NCBI GenBank assembly: GCA_022572105.1
Contig: JACZWN010000002.1
Location: 1 to 49,113 of the forward strand
Reading direction: 5' to 3'
Length of the DNA stretch: 49,113 nucleotides
From: Pseudomonadota bacterium
Lineage (GTDB): Bacteria; Pseudomonadota; Alphaproteobacteria; Kiloniellales; J153
The position numbers and the translations under genes were made by a program. How positions within the stretch are numbered: the stretch's first letter is position 1; every line of letters begins with the position of its first letter. Shown one piece after another: positions 30,948-41,191 of this stretch. The notes below the pieces were generated by a model. It searched no databases and had not been told where the DNA came from. It saw only the letters and a list, made by a program, of their open reading frames with translations.

Positions 30948-31709
30948 ATGCTCGAAGAGCTTCTGCCCGCCGGAATCTTCACGATTTTGCTGGTCTTCGT
31001 GCGCGTCGGCGCGGCCATGATGATTCTGCCGGGCTATGGGGAGCCGTACGTTTCTCCGCGTCTGCGCCTGCTGCTCGCGCTGATGATCTCCATGGTCGTG
31101 GCTCCGGTTCTGTCGGGGACCCTGCCGGCGATGCCCGAGAGCGCCGCCATGCTGGTCCTGGTCATACTGGGCGAGGTCCTGATCGGGGTCTTCCTGGGGA
31201 CGCTCTCGCGCCTGTTCCTGGCCGCGCTGACCACGGCGGGCATGCTGATCGCCTACATGAGCACCATGGCGAACGCGCTGACCCTCGACCCGATCGCCGC
31301 GCAGCAGGGCTCGATCGCGGGATCGTTCTTGTCCGTCGTCGCGTTGCTCACGATCGTCACCCTCGACCTGCATCACCTGATGCTGATGGCCGTGATCGAC
31401 AGCTACCAGCTGTTCATCCCGGGCCAGGTGCCACCGGTCAGCGATTTTTCCGATCTGATGGCGCGCACGGTCTCCAAGACCTTTCTGCTGTCGTTTCAGA
31501 TCGCCGCGCCTTTCGTGGTCGTGGGGCTCATATTCTTCCTGGGCGTGGGCCTGCTTGGCCGGCTGATGCCGCAGATGCAGGTCTTCTTCGTCGCGATGCC
31601 GCTGCAGATCGCCGTCGGCATTGCCGTCCTGTTCATCGCGCTACCCATGATGTTGCGCTGGTTTATCGGCAGCTTCCAGGACACCCTGCTGCCGTTCGTC
31701 TCGATTTAG
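30948..31709 (+). CDS. fliR: Flagellar export apparatus protein FliR
   Basis: 253 aa polytopic. FTILLVFVRVGAAMMILPGYGEPYVSPRLRLLLALMIS. Lies between fliQ and flhB. Confidence 0.9.
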   Translation: MLEELLPAGIFTILLVFVRVGAAMMILPGYGEPYVSPRLRLLLALMISMVVAPVLSGTLPAMPESAAMLVLVILGEVLIGVFLGTLSRLFLAALTTAGMLIAYMSTMANALTLDPIAAQQGSIAGSFLSVVALLTIVTLDLHHLMLMAVIDSYQLFIPGQVPPVSDFSDLMARTVSKTFLLSFQIAAPFVVVGLIFFLGVGLLGRLMPQMQVFFVAMPLQIAVGIAVLFIALPMMLRWFIGSFQDTLLPFVSI

Positions 31710-31761
31710 AAGCGGGTAATGGAGCGCCCGGCGGGGGATTGCCGCGGCGGTCGGATGGGCC

Positions 31762-32859
31762 ATGGCCGAAAACACTCAAGACGATTCACAAAAAACAGAG
31801 GAACCGACACAGCGGCGGCTCGAGCAGGCGCGCGAGAAGGGCCAGGTCGCGAAGTCCCAGGAGGTCACCCATTGGTTCATGATCCTGGCGGCCGCGCTCT
31901 TCATCGGCGTTTTCGGCGAATCGTTCGCCAAGGGGATCGTGAGCAGCCTGTACCGTTTCGTGGAGCAGCCCCATAGCATCCGGCTCGACGGCGGGCAGCT
32001 GCGCGATGTCCTGATCGAGACCATGGGCCAGCTCGGGCTGGCGGTGCTGGCGCCGGTGATCGTGGTGATGTTGGCGGCCTTCATAGCCGGCTTCATTCAG
32101 AACGGCTTGGTGTTCTCGACCGAAACGATCACGCCCAAGCTGGAGAAACTGTCGCTGATCAAGGGCCTGAAGCGCCTGTTCTCGAGCCGTTCGCTGGTGG
32201 AATTCGCCAAGGGCGTGAGCAAGATCGCCATCGTCGGTGCGGTCGTGGTGCTGCTCCTGTGGCCGGAGCGCGAGATCATGTTCAACGTCACCTCGTTGGG
32301 CGTCGCGCAATTCATGGGGGTGCTGCAGAGCCTGGCGGTCCGCGTACTTGTCGGCGTCCTTGCGGTCATGACGGTGATCGCGATCCTCGACTTTCTCTAT
32401 CAGAAGCAAAAGCACCTAAAAGAGCTTCGCATGTCGAAGCAGGATCTCAAGGAGGAGTACAAGCAGACCGAGGGCGATCCGATGATCAAGGCGCGCCTGC
32501 GCCAGATCCGTACGGAACGGGCGCGCCGGCGCATGATGGCCGCCGTGCCCGATGCCGACGTGGTGATCACGAACCCGACCCACTACGCGGTTGCCCTCAA
32601 GTACGAACACGAGAAGATGGAGGCGCCGGTGCTGGTCGCCAAGGGCATCGATTCGATTGCCTTCCGCATGCGCGAGGTCGCCGAGGAGCACGATGTTCCC
32701 GTCGTTGAAAATCCACCGCTTTGCCGGGCGCTCTACGACGGCGTCGATCTGGATCAGGCGGTCCCGGCCGAGCATTACAAGGCGGTCGCCGAGATCATCG
32801 GCTACATCATGCGCCTCAAGGGCAAGCTGTCGGGGCGCCGTGGGACCGCACGCCGATGA
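31762..32859 (+). CDS. flhB: Flagellar export switch protein FlhB
   Basis: SQKTEEPTQRRLEQAREKGQVAKSQEV ... MSKQDLKEEYKQTEGDPMIKARLRQIR ... VVITNPTHYAVALKY (NPTH autocleavage site). Confidence 0.93.
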   Translation: MAENTQDDSQKTEEPTQRRLEQAREKGQVAKSQEVTHWFMILAAALFIGVFGESFAKGIVSSLYRFVEQPHSIRLDGGQLRDVLIETMGQLGLAVLAPVIVVMLAAFIAGFIQNGLVFSTETITPKLEKLSLIKGLKRLFSSRSLVEFAKGVSKIAIVGAVVVLLLWPEREIMFNVTSLGVAQFMGVLQSLAVRVLVGVLAVMTVIAILDFLYQKQKHLKELRMSKQDLKEEYKQTEGDPMIKARLRQIRTERARRRMMAAVPDADVVITNPTHYAVALKYEHEKMEAPVLVAKGIDSIAFRMREVAEEHDVPVVENPPLCRALYDGVDLDQAVPAEHYKAVAEIIGYIMRLKGKLSGRRGTARR

Positions 32860-35528
32860 CCGCAGGCGCCTTGCCGCGCACCTTGCCGGGTGCGGGGCGG
32901 GTGTGGTTAAAGTGCCGGCGCGGATTCGCTTCCCCGGGGGGTCACGTCATGACGCGCGCGGCGCGCTTGCTGGTCGGCTTCGCAGTGCTGCTCTTCGGAA
33001 CGCCGGATCTGGCCGCCCAGACAGGCGGCGAGGCGGCGTCATCGGCATCCGCGCCGATCGATTGGCTCGAGGCGGTATTTTTCGCCGCCCTGGCGATCAC
33101 CGCGGTCGCGATTGCCGCCGCCTTGGTCGCGGTGCGCCGGCTTCGGCGCGCCAACGCCCTGCAGAACGACATCTTCGGCGCGGTGCCGCAGCCGCGACAG
33201 GTCGTCGATTCGCAAGGCGGAACGATTCTCGCCAACAAGGCGTTCTACGATTTCTTCGGCGGCGTCGAGAAACCGACCCCCGAGCTTCTCGCCGCGGAGG
33301 TGGCGGGTGACGACGAGGCGCGCGATCAGCTCGACCGCTTGGCCGCCAACGCGCGCAACGGTATCCCGGGTTACGCGGAATTGCCGGTGCGCGCACGCGG
33401 CGGGTCGGAAAACGCCGGGGCGAACGGCGGCGGCGGCCAGTCTGAATGGCGCTACGTGGCGGCCTATCCGGTCGCCGGGCGCCCGGGCACGGTGCTCTGG
33501 ATGGTCGACGACATCACCATGCGCCGGCAGCTGGAGCAAGTCGTTCGCGAGGAGCAGGAGCGTTTCGTCGATCTACTGGAGCGCGCGCCGATCGGGTTCT
33601 ACTCGGTCGACGGCGACGGCAAGTTCCTGTTCGCCAATCAGACGCTCTGCGACTGGCTGAACCTGTCGCACGAGGACCTCGAAAGCGGCGCGATTCACCT
33701 GCACGACGTGATCGCCGAGGCCTTGCCCGAGGGAACGCCGCCCTACGATCCCTTCGGCCGCGGCGGCGACGTCCTGCGCGGCGAGATCGCGCTCAAGGGC
33801 CTGGACGGTGTCCGATTCCAGGCTTCGATCAGCCAGGATGTCGTTCCGGGCGCGGACGGTCGAGGATTGCGCACCCGCTCGGTCGTGCGTCACCTGTCGC
33901 GCGAACGGGCCATGGCCGAGGCGCTCGAGCGCTCCGTCCAACGCTTCGAGCGGTTTTTCCTCGAAGCACCGGTCGGTATCGCGTTGCTCGATTCGAGCGG
34001 CCGGCTGACCGAATGCAATCGCGCTTTCAGCGCCCTAATCGGCACGCAGACCGAGGGCCTGACCGGAGTTTCGCTCTTCGACTTGGTCAACGAAAAGGAT
34101 CGCGAGGCGGTCCGCGCGATGCTCGCCCCAAGGGATGAGGACGAAGCTGACGGAAGCCAGACACCGCTCGAGGTCCGTTTCGGAGGCGCGGGCGATACCG
34201 TCTGCTCGATGTTCGTGACGGGTATCGCGGATCGGGTCGGAGAGGCCAGCGGCTTTATCACCCACTTCATCGACACTACGGAACAGAAGAACCTGGAGCT
34301 CCAGTTCTCCCAATCGCAAAAGATGCAGGCGGTCGGCCAACTGGCCGGTGGCATCGCGCACGATTTCAACAACCTGCTGACCGCGATGATCGGCTTCTCC
34401 GACCTGTTGCTGCTGCGCCACCGCCCGGGCGACCAGTCCTTCGCCGACATCATGCAGATCAAGCAGAACGCGAACCGCGCGGCGAACCTGGTGCGCCAGC
34501 TGCTCGCCTTCTCTCGCCAGCAGACCCTGCAGCCGCGCATGCTCAACCTAACCGACATTCTGACCGAACTGTCGCACCTGTTGCGGCGCTTGATCGGCGA
34601 GAATATCGAGCTGGACATGATCCACGGCCGGGATCTGGATTTGGTGAAGGCGGACCAAGGTCAGTTGGAGCAGGTCATCATCAACCTGGCGGTCAACGCG
34701 CGCGACGCCATGACTGAAGGCGGCAAGCTGACGATCCGGACCTCCAACGAGACAGTCCGGCGCGAACGCAAATACAAGGCCGAGGTCATGCCGCCGGGCG
34801 ACTACGTCATGGTCGAGGTCGAGGACGACGGCTGCGGCATCGAGCGCGAGATCCTGGACCGGATCTTCGATCCCTTCTTCTCGACCAAGGACGTGGGTCA
34901 GGGGACCGGTCTCGGACTGTCCACGGTCTACGGCATCGTCAAGCAGACCGACGGGTTCGTTTTCGTCGACAGCGAGGTCGGCCGGGGCACGAGGTTCTCC
35001 ATCTACCTGCCGCAATACGCCGAGACGGCCGCCGGCGCCGCGGTCGTGGACGATTCCGAGGCGAAGGAGACCCGGGACCTGACCGGCATGGGCACGATCC
35101 TGCTGGTCGAGGACGAGGATGCGGTGCGCTCGTTCAGCGCCAGGGTGCTGACGAACAAGGGATACAAGGTATTCGAGGCGGACTCGGGCGAATCGGCGCT
35201 GGCAGTCCTCAAGGATCACCTTGGTTCGGTCGACCTGCTGATCACGGACGTGGTCATGCCCCGCCTGGACGGGCCCAGCCTGGTGCGCCAGGTGCGCGAA
35301 GATCAGCCCGACCTGAAGGTCATTTTCATCTCCGGCTATACCGAGGACGCCTTCCGCAAGCGCCTGGGCCAGGACAGGGGCATCCATTTTCTGCCCAAGC
35401 CGTTCAGCCTCAAGCAGTTGGCCGCCAAGGTGAAGGAGGTCTTGGGCGAAGACGACACGGCGACCCGGACCGAGTCTTCGACGCCGTCGCGAAGCGCCGC
35501 GGGAATCGGCCGCTCGGCGGAACTCTAG
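32856..35528 (+). CDS. cckA: CckA-like hybrid sensor histidine kinase / response regulator (2 TM, PAS domains, HisKA, HATPase_c, REC)
   Basis: H-box region [68 protein letters not shown] resembles CckA as I recall it. NLAVNARDAM, GTGLGLSTVYGIV. REC: ILLVEDEDAVR...DLLITDVVMPRLDG...KPFSLKQL. The ATG at 32856 overlaps the flhB stop (ATGA). An alternative ATG at 32949 sits directly before a signal-anchor-like MTRAARLLVGFAVLLF. Confidence 0.6.
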   Translation: MTAGALPRTLPGAGRVWLKCRRGFASPGGHVMTRAARLLVGFAVLLFGTPDLAAQTGGEAASSASAPIDWLEAVFFAALAITAVAIAAALVAVRRLRRANALQNDIFGAVPQPRQVVDSQGGTILANKAFYDFFGGVEKPTPELLAAEVAGDDEARDQLDRLAANARNGIPGYAELPVRARGGSENAGANGGGGQSEWRYVAAYPVAGRPGTVLWMVDDITMRRQLEQVVREEQERFVDLLERAPIGFYSVDGDGKFLFANQTLCDWLNLSHEDLESGAIHLHDVIAEALPEGTPPYDPFGRGGDVLRGEIALKGLDGVRFQASISQDVVPGADGRGLRTRSVVRHLSRERAMAEALERSVQRFERFFLEAPVGIALLDSSGRLTECNRAFSALIGTQTEGLTGVSLFDLVNEKDREAVRAMLAPRDEDEADGSQTPLEVRFGGAGDTVCSMFVTGIADRVGEASGFITHFIDTTEQKNLELQFSQSQKMQAVGQLAGGIAHDFNNLLTAMIGFSDLLLLRHRPGDQSFADIMQIKQNANRAANLVRQLLAFSRQQTLQPRMLNLTDILTELSHLLRRLIGENIELDMIHGRDLDLVKADQGQLEQVIINLAVNARDAMTEGGKLTIRTSNETVRRERKYKAEVMPPGDYVMVEVEDDGCGIEREILDRIFDPFFSTKDVGQGTGLGLSTVYGIVKQTDGFVFVDSEVGRGTRFSIYLPQYAETAAGAAVVDDSEAKETRDLTGMGTILLVEDEDAVRSFSARVLTNKGYKVFEADSGESALAVLKDHLGSVDLLITDVVMPRLDGPSLVRQVREDQPDLKVIFISGYTEDAFRKRLGQDRGIHFLPKPFSLKQLAAKVKEVLGEDDTATRTESSTPSRSAAGIGRSAEL

Positions 35529-35572
35529 AGCATTTTCGGTTTAGGCGGAATCAGCCCGCACCCCCGCCTGGC

Positions 35573-38500
35573 TCAGGTTCGGGGTCGGGTCGGCCGCTCG
35601 GCGGGCAGCCACAGGCAGACCCGCGTGCCGGATGTTCCGGCGCGGTCGATCTCGATGCCGCCGCCGTGCTGCTCCATGATCCGCTTGACCACGGGCAGAC
35701 CGAGACCCACGCCGAATCCCTTGGTGCTGAACAACGGCTCGAAGATCCTGGGCAGGACATCCGCCGGGATGCCCGGGCCGCGGTCCTCGAAGATCACCTC
35801 GACCCGTCCGTTCTTCCTTTGCGTCTTCACCGACAGGACGGCGTTATCGGCATCGGTGGCCTCTCGGCCGACCTCTCCGGTCATGGCCTGACAGGCGTTG
35901 TCGAAGACGTTGATGATCGCGCGGCGGAAACGATCGCGGTCGAACGGCACCGTCGTGCCCGCCAGGCCGAAGTCCCGGCGCAGCGTGATTTCGGCGGGCA
36001 GGGCCTGCTCCTTCAGTGTCAAGTCCAGCCAGGCATCGATGGGCGTGGGCTCCGGCTCGAGCCCCGAGATGCGGGTGAAGTCGAGCAGCTCGTCGATGAT
36101 ACGGTCGCAGCGGATGACGCTGCGGTCGATGCGCTCCAGCGCGCGCTGGACGCGTGGCGTGATCTCGTTCAAGCCGTCGCGCACGATGAAGTTGGAGGTC
36201 CGGATCACGCCCAGGGGATTGCGCAGCTCGTGACTGACCGTGGCCGTCAACTGGCCGAGCGTCGCCAGGCGCTCCTGGCGCAGGAGATCCGCCTGCGCCG
36301 CGCGCAACTCGGCGGTGCGCTCCTCGACCCGCCGCTCGAGCTCATCGTGGGCCATCCTTCTTTCGGTTACGTCCACGGCCATGGAGATAACGAAACGCCG
36401 TCCATCGGGGAGCCGCCCGAGGGGTGCGGTGCGGAAGTCCCATATCCGTCGTTCGCCCCGAGCCGTGGTGACGGAAGCCTCGTGTTCGAATGGCTCCTCG
36501 ATTTCGCAAAGCCGACGGATACGGTCTCGCACACGCTCTTTGTTGGCGTCGTAAGCCTTCTCGGTCCAGTCGTGAATGGTCGGTATGTCGGCATGGGAAT
36601 AGCCGGACAACTCGGACCATCTCTTGCTGATCATCAATACCTCGCCACCCTCGGCGTGCATCATGATCGGGATCGGCGCGTCGAGCACGGACCGCTGCAA
36701 GCGTTCCTCGCTCCGGTGCAGCGCCTCTTGCGCCCGCTTGCGCTCGGTAACATCTGTGGCGATTGCGCCAAGGCCCGAAATGTTCCCGTCGGAATCTCGG
36801 ATCGGAAACTTGATCATATGCAGGGTGTGAACGCCGTCCTCGAAGAGCACGTCGTCCTCCTGCTCTATCGTCCGCCCGCTTTGCAATACCGCCAGGTCAT
36901 GCGCCCTCGTAGACGTGACGAAATTCTCTTGGTGATGGATGTCTCCGGGCAGCTTGCCGCGAACCTCTTCGTCTTTGACGCCCCACAGCTCCTCGTACCG
37001 CCGATTGATGCGGACATAACGTCCCTCCCTGTCCTTAAGGTAAATTTCGACCGGCGCGCTGTCCATGATCGCCCGGAATTGGGCCTCGCGCTCGTAGAGC
37101 GCGACTTGCGCCTGTTTCTGCTCGGTGATGTCGATCATAATCCCGCGCAACGCCTTGGGCCCGTGCTCGTCCGAGACGACGGTAACGACATCGCGCATCC
37201 AGACGACATCTCCGTCCGCCGTCAGCATCCGATATTCGACGTCGTGGTCCTCACCACGGGCGCTGGTCGCTTGGCGGAAGGCGACCGCTTCATCACGGTC
37301 GTCCGGATGGATGGCGTTCGGCCAGAACCCGGCGCCATACCAATCGTCCAATGCGTACCCCAGGAGGGAGACCGCCTGGGGGCCAACGTAGGTGAACCGC
37401 CAAGTGCTCAGGTCCGCCTCCCAGGGAATCACGTTCGTCGTTTCCACCAAGCGTTTGTAACGTTCCTCGCTTTCCCGCAGCGCCTGTTCCGCGAGCTTGC
37501 GCTCGGCGATTTCCATTTTCAATTGCTCGTTGGCTTCCCGGAGCTCCGCGGTCCTTTGCGCGACCCGCTGCTCCAACTCGTCGCGCGCCTGGCGTAGTGC
37601 CTCCTCTGCCCGCACCCGGGCGGTCACGTCGGTGGTGGCGCCGCGGAAACCCAGGAATTCGCCCTTGTTGTCGAAGACCGGCCGTCCGCTGACCTGAAAG
37701 GACCTGATCGAGCCGTCGTCGACCGGCCGCTGGCAAATGAGGCCGCGGAACGGCCGGCGTTCCTCGAGGGCATCCATGTACGCGTTCCAGTCGGAGTCCT
37801 CGTGGTTGACCGTCGGCAGGTCCCGGACGTGAACCCCTATGACACTCGACGGCTCGACTCCGGCCACCTCCCGAATGCGATCCGATATATAGGTGACCCG
37901 CAGGTCGTGCCCGATCTCCCAGAACCAGTCGGAGGCCGATTCCGCCAAGTCGCGGAACCGCGCCTCGCTCTCGCGCAAGGCCGCCACCGCGGAGCGCAGC
38001 TCGACGGTGCGCTCCTGGACGCGGCGTTCCAACTGACTGTTCAATTTGGTAACGAAGCGATAGCGCCATCCCGCCATGGCTATCAGGGAAAGGGCGAAGA
38101 GGACGCCCATCGCCAAGGCCGCCCTAATTGGGGTCCAGAAGGGCGAGGGCTCGCCGAACCAGGCCACGTAGATCCTGCGGTAGTCCGGCGAGGCGACGAA
38201 CTCGCCGACCGCAAGGTCCAGAAGCGCCAGCAGCTCGACATTGTCCTTGCGCACCGCCATGGCGGATTTGATCTCAATCAACGGATCGCCGACAACCCTT
38301 ACTCGGTCGGCGACCTGGGCTTCCTTGGCCAATTTCCAGACCATCGGCTCGGGGTAAGCGAGGCCGTCCACATGGCCGGCAAGGAGGGCGAAGAGCGCGG
38401 CGGTCACATCGGGAAATACCTTCAACAGAATTTCGTCGTGCCGCTCCAGGAGTTGCTGCGCGGCATTAGACGCGACCACGGCGACGGTGCGTCCGGCGAA

Positions 38501-38944
38501 GTCGGCCATACCACCAACGTCTCGAGTATTGTTGCGGATAAAGAATGAGATGCGCAGCGTCTGCACTGGAGCGGTAAACGCGAAGACTCGTTTGCGTGAC
38601 TCCGTGATTCCCAGACCGGGAATAACGTCGACACGGCCTTCCTTGAGCGCTTCTTGGGTCGCCTTTCCTGTCTTGAAAATGGCATACTTGACCGTAATCC
38701 CGGCCCGCTCCGCGACTTCGTTCATGACCTCGACGGCGAAGCCGCCGGGGCGTCCGTTTTCATCCAACTCGTAGTACGGGGGGAATGAGTTCAGAATCCC
38801 GACGGTCACCGCGCGCGGTTCCGGCGGCGCGCTCCTCGCCGGGTTCGCCAACGCACAGAATATGAACGGCAAGAGACAACAAAACAGCAACGGCCCGGCG
38901 CGTACCCTGGCCGTCCCGAGCCTCCGGTGGCGCGTTCTTTCCAT
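35573..38944 (-). CDS. Sensor histidine kinase with periplasmic solute-binding (SBP_bac_3-like) domain, multiple PAS domains, HisKA and HATPase_c
   Basis: Start at the ATG at 38944 (alternative 38980). VTVGILNSFPPYYELDENGRPGGFAVEVMNEVAERAGI (SBP), repeated PAS cores, H-box LGQLTATVSHELRNPLG, G-boxes DRGPGIP / GFGVGLGLPVV. Confidence 0.8.
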   Translation of the reverse strand: MERTRHRRLGTARVRAGPLLFCCLLPFIFCALANPARSAPPEPRAVTVGILNSFPPYYELDENGRPGGFAVEVMNEVAERAGITVKYAIFKTGKATQEALKEGRVDVIPGLGITESRKRVFAFTAPVQTLRISFFIRNNTRDVGGMADFAGRTVAVVASNAAQQLLERHDEILLKVFPDVTAALFALLAGHVDGLAYPEPMVWKLAKEAQVADRVRVVGDPLIEIKSAMAVRKDNVELLALLDLAVGEFVASPDYRRIYVAWFGEPSPFWTPIRAALAMGVLFALSLIAMAGWRYRFVTKLNSQLERRVQERTVELRSAVAALRESEARFRDLAESASDWFWEIGHDLRVTYISDRIREVAGVEPSSVIGVHVRDLPTVNHEDSDWNAYMDALEERRPFRGLICQRPVDDGSIRSFQVSGRPVFDNKGEFLGFRGATTDVTARVRAEEALRQARDELEQRVAQRTAELREANEQLKMEIAERKLAEQALRESEERYKRLVETTNVIPWEADLSTWRFTYVGPQAVSLLGYALDDWYGAGFWPNAIHPDDRDEAVAFRQATSARGEDHDVEYRMLTADGDVVWMRDVVTVVSDEHGPKALRGIMIDITEQKQAQVALYEREAQFRAIMDSAPVEIYLKDREGRYVRINRRYEELWGVKDEEVRGKLPGDIHHQENFVTSTRAHDLAVLQSGRTIEQEDDVLFEDGVHTLHMIKFPIRDSDGNISGLGAIATDVTERKRAQEALHRSEERLQRSVLDAPIPIMMHAEGGEVLMISKRWSELSGYSHADIPTIHDWTEKAYDANKERVRDRIRRLCEIEEPFEHEASVTTARGERRIWDFRTAPLGRLPDGRRFVISMAVDVTERRMAHDELERRVEERTAELRAAQADLLRQERLATLGQLTATVSHELRNPLGVIRTSNFIVRDGLNEITPRVQRALERIDRSVIRCDRIIDELLDFTRISGLEPEPTPIDAWLDLTLKEQALPAEITLRRDFGLAGTTVPFDRDRFRRAIINVFDNACQAMTGEVGREATDADNAVLSVKTQRKNGRVEVIFEDRGPGIPADVLPRIFEPLFSTKGFGVGLGLPVVKRIMEQHGGGIEIDRAGTSGTRVCLWLPAERPTRPRT

Positions 38945-39214
38945 CGCGATCACGAATCGGTGCCGGGCAGGGCGGTGCATGCGGCCCGCGAGCCGAACGT
39001 TGGCTCGGCTTGGACGCCGCTTGAGGCGGCGATACCTGTGCTCGTCGCCGACGCCGACAAACACGGCCTCGGGCGGCTTCGGGCGCCCGTGGATATTGTC
39101 GAACCCGTGATTTTTCCGTCCCCCGGTGGACCGGTCTGCCGTTGGGTGAAATCGCACATGGCTTGCAAATGTCGCCGCGATTTCTACCGGAGGGCCATTT
39201 AGGGCCCGGCGTGG

Positions 39215-39230
39215 TTAACAAAATGTTAAC
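39215..39230. promoter_or_regulatory. Perfect, palindromic CtrA-type box TTAA-N7-TTAAC
   Basis: TTAACAAAATGTTAAC within GGTTAAC-AAAAT-GTTAACC. 30 nt past the CoA-transferase stop and ~270 nt upstream of the SBP-PAS kinase start. It could equally be a small hairpin. Confidence 0.35.
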
Positions 39231-39259
39231 CGAGCCGCACCAACCCGCGCGATCTGGTA

Positions 39260-41191
39260 TTAATCCTGGTCCAGGTGCTTGCGCGCCTCGCGCCTGCTCT
39301 CGAAGACGTGGGAGGAGACGCTGCGCTTCTCGAGCTCCTTGCCGAGCTTCAGGCGCATGAACCCGCTCGTCGTGTAGCGCGACACCTTGATGTAGTACTT
39401 CTTCTCCACGTAACGGACGAGGTCCATGTACTTGTCGATCACCGCGTCGTCGGCCGCGAAGGAATCGTAGTTGACGATGGAGTAGACGCGTTTTCCCAGC
39501 GGCTCCAGCAGGCCGTCGACGGCCTCTTTGATCCTCCTCAGGTCCTCTTCGTCGCGTACCCGCATGCCGGCGAAGTTCATGAACACGGTGTTGGTCCCGG
39601 GGTCGTAGCTGAGCCGGTCCTCGATGTGAATGTCCAGCATGCGTTCGCGCAGGCCGAGCGGCTCCGGCTTGAACAAGCCTGCCTCCATGAGCTTGGGCGC
39701 GTCGACGATCGGCCGGAACGACATTTGCGCCAGGATGTCCCGCTCGACGTCGATGCCGGGCGCGACCTCGACCAGTTCCAGCCCCTCGGTCCGAAGAGCG
39801 AATACGCAGCGCTCGGTGACGTAGTAGACCTCCTTGCCCAGATCGGCCGCGCGCGGGCCGCTGAAGGTGATTTGCTCGACCGTCTCGACGAACTTCCTGT
39901 GCTTGCCCTCTTTGGCGATCGCGATCGCGCCGTCGCCGACCTCCGTTTCCAAGCCTCCGGAGGTAAAGGTGCCGACGAAGATCACCTTCCGGCTGTTCTG
40001 ACTGATGTTGATGAAGCCACCGCAGCCGGTGACGCGGTTGCCGAAGCGGCTCGCGTTGACGTTGCCGAGGCGGTCGCATTCGGCGAACCCGAGGTAGGCC
40101 GAATCCAGACCGCCGCCGTCGATGAAGTCGAACTGGCTCGGGTGCTCGATGACCGCGCTGAAGTTGACCGAGGCGCCGAAATCGAGCCCGCCCAGCGGCA
40201 CGCCGCCGATCACGCCGGGATCGACGGTCAGCGTAATCAGGTCCTGGATCTTCTCCTCGTTGGCGACCGCGCCGATCCTATCGGGCAGGCCGATGCCCAG
40301 GTTGACGACGCTGTTGGGCAGGAGTTCCAAGGCGGCGCGGCGGGCGATCACCTTCTTCTCGTCGAGCGGAACCGGCGGCAGGGCCTCGAGCGGCACCCGG
40401 ACCTCGCCGGACAGCGCCGGGTTGTACTGGGTGCCGTAGTTCTGCATGTGATGTTCCGGGCTCGCCACCACCACGGAGTCGACGAAGATGCCGGGGATCC
40501 TGACCCGGCGCGCATCCAGCGATCCGCTCTGGGCGATCCGCTCGACCTGGCACAGCACCATTCCGCCGGAGTTCCTCGCGGCAAGCGCGAGCGCCAGGTT
40601 CTCGAGCCGCAGCGACTCCTTTTCCATGGTGATGTTGCCGTCGGGGTCGGCGGTCGTGCCGCGGATGAACGCGACGTTGATGGGGAAGGCCTTGAAGAAC
40701 AGGGTCTCCTCGCCGCCGAGGATGACCAGCTCCACGATGTCGTCCACGGCTGCCGCGTTGACCTTGCCGCCTTCGATCCGGGGGTCGATGAAGGTCCCCA
40801 GACCGACCTTCGAGAGGGTGCCTGGCTTGCCCGCCGCGATGTCCCGGTAGAGGTGGGTGATCACGCCCTCAGGCAGATTGTAGGCCTCGATCCTGTTCTC
40901 GACGGCCAGGCGCTCGATGCGCGGGACCAGGCCGTAATGGCCGCCGACGACGCGTTTCAGCAGGCCCTCGTGACCGAGATGGTTGAGCCCACGGTCCTTG
41001 CCGTCGCCCTGCCCGCCGGCATAGACCAGGGTGAGGTTCCCGGGCGTCCCGGTCTCGAGAAAGCGCCGTTCCAGCGCGATCAGGAGCGCCTCCGGCGTCC
41101 CGTTGCCGCCGTAACCGACCGTCGCCAGCACGTCGCCCTGCCGAATCAGCGCGATCGCGTCTTCGACGGGAATGACCTTTTTGAACGCCAT
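39260..41191 (-). CDS. Family I acyl-CoA:acetate/3-ketoacid (propionate) CoA-transferase, fused type
   Basis: Start at the ATG at 41191: MAFKKVIPVEDAIALIRQGDVLATVGYGGNGTPEAL. VGLGTFIDPR. GGFINISQNSRKVIFVGTFTSGG. 643 aa. Confidence 0.8.
   Translation of the reverse strand: MAFKKVIPVEDAIALIRQGDVLATVGYGGNGTPEALLIALERRFLETGTPGNLTLVYAGGQGDGKDRGLNHLGHEGLLKRVVGGHYGLVPRIERLAVENRIEAYNLPEGVITHLYRDIAAGKPGTLSKVGLGTFIDPRIEGGKVNAAAVDDIVELVILGGEETLFFKAFPINVAFIRGTTADPDGNITMEKESLRLENLALALAARNSGGMVLCQVERIAQSGSLDARRVRIPGIFVDSVVVASPEHHMQNYGTQYNPALSGEVRVPLEALPPVPLDEKKVIARRAALELLPNSVVNLGIGLPDRIGAVANEEKIQDLITLTVDPGVIGGVPLGGLDFGASVNFSAVIEHPSQFDFIDGGGLDSAYLGFAECDRLGNVNASRFGNRVTGCGGFINISQNSRKVIFVGTFTSGGLETEVGDGAIAIAKEGKHRKFVETVEQITFSGPRAADLGKEVYYVTERCVFALRTEGLELVEVAPGIDVERDILAQMSFRPIVDAPKLMEAGLFKPEPLGLRERMLDIHIEDRLSYDPGTNTVFMNFAGMRVRDEEDLRRIKEAVDGLLEPLGKRVYSIVNYDSFAADDAVIDKYMDLVRYVEKKYYIKVSRYTTSGFMRLKLGKELEKRSVSSHVFESRREARKHLDQD

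Noticed and set aside
30189-31376. 395-aa minus-strand ORF
   Set aside because: It is antisense to fliE, fliQ and fliR, with an Asp/Arg/His/Gln-rich nonsense translation.
35666-37597. 643-aa plus-strand ORF
   Set aside because: It is antisense to the SBP-PAS histidine kinase.
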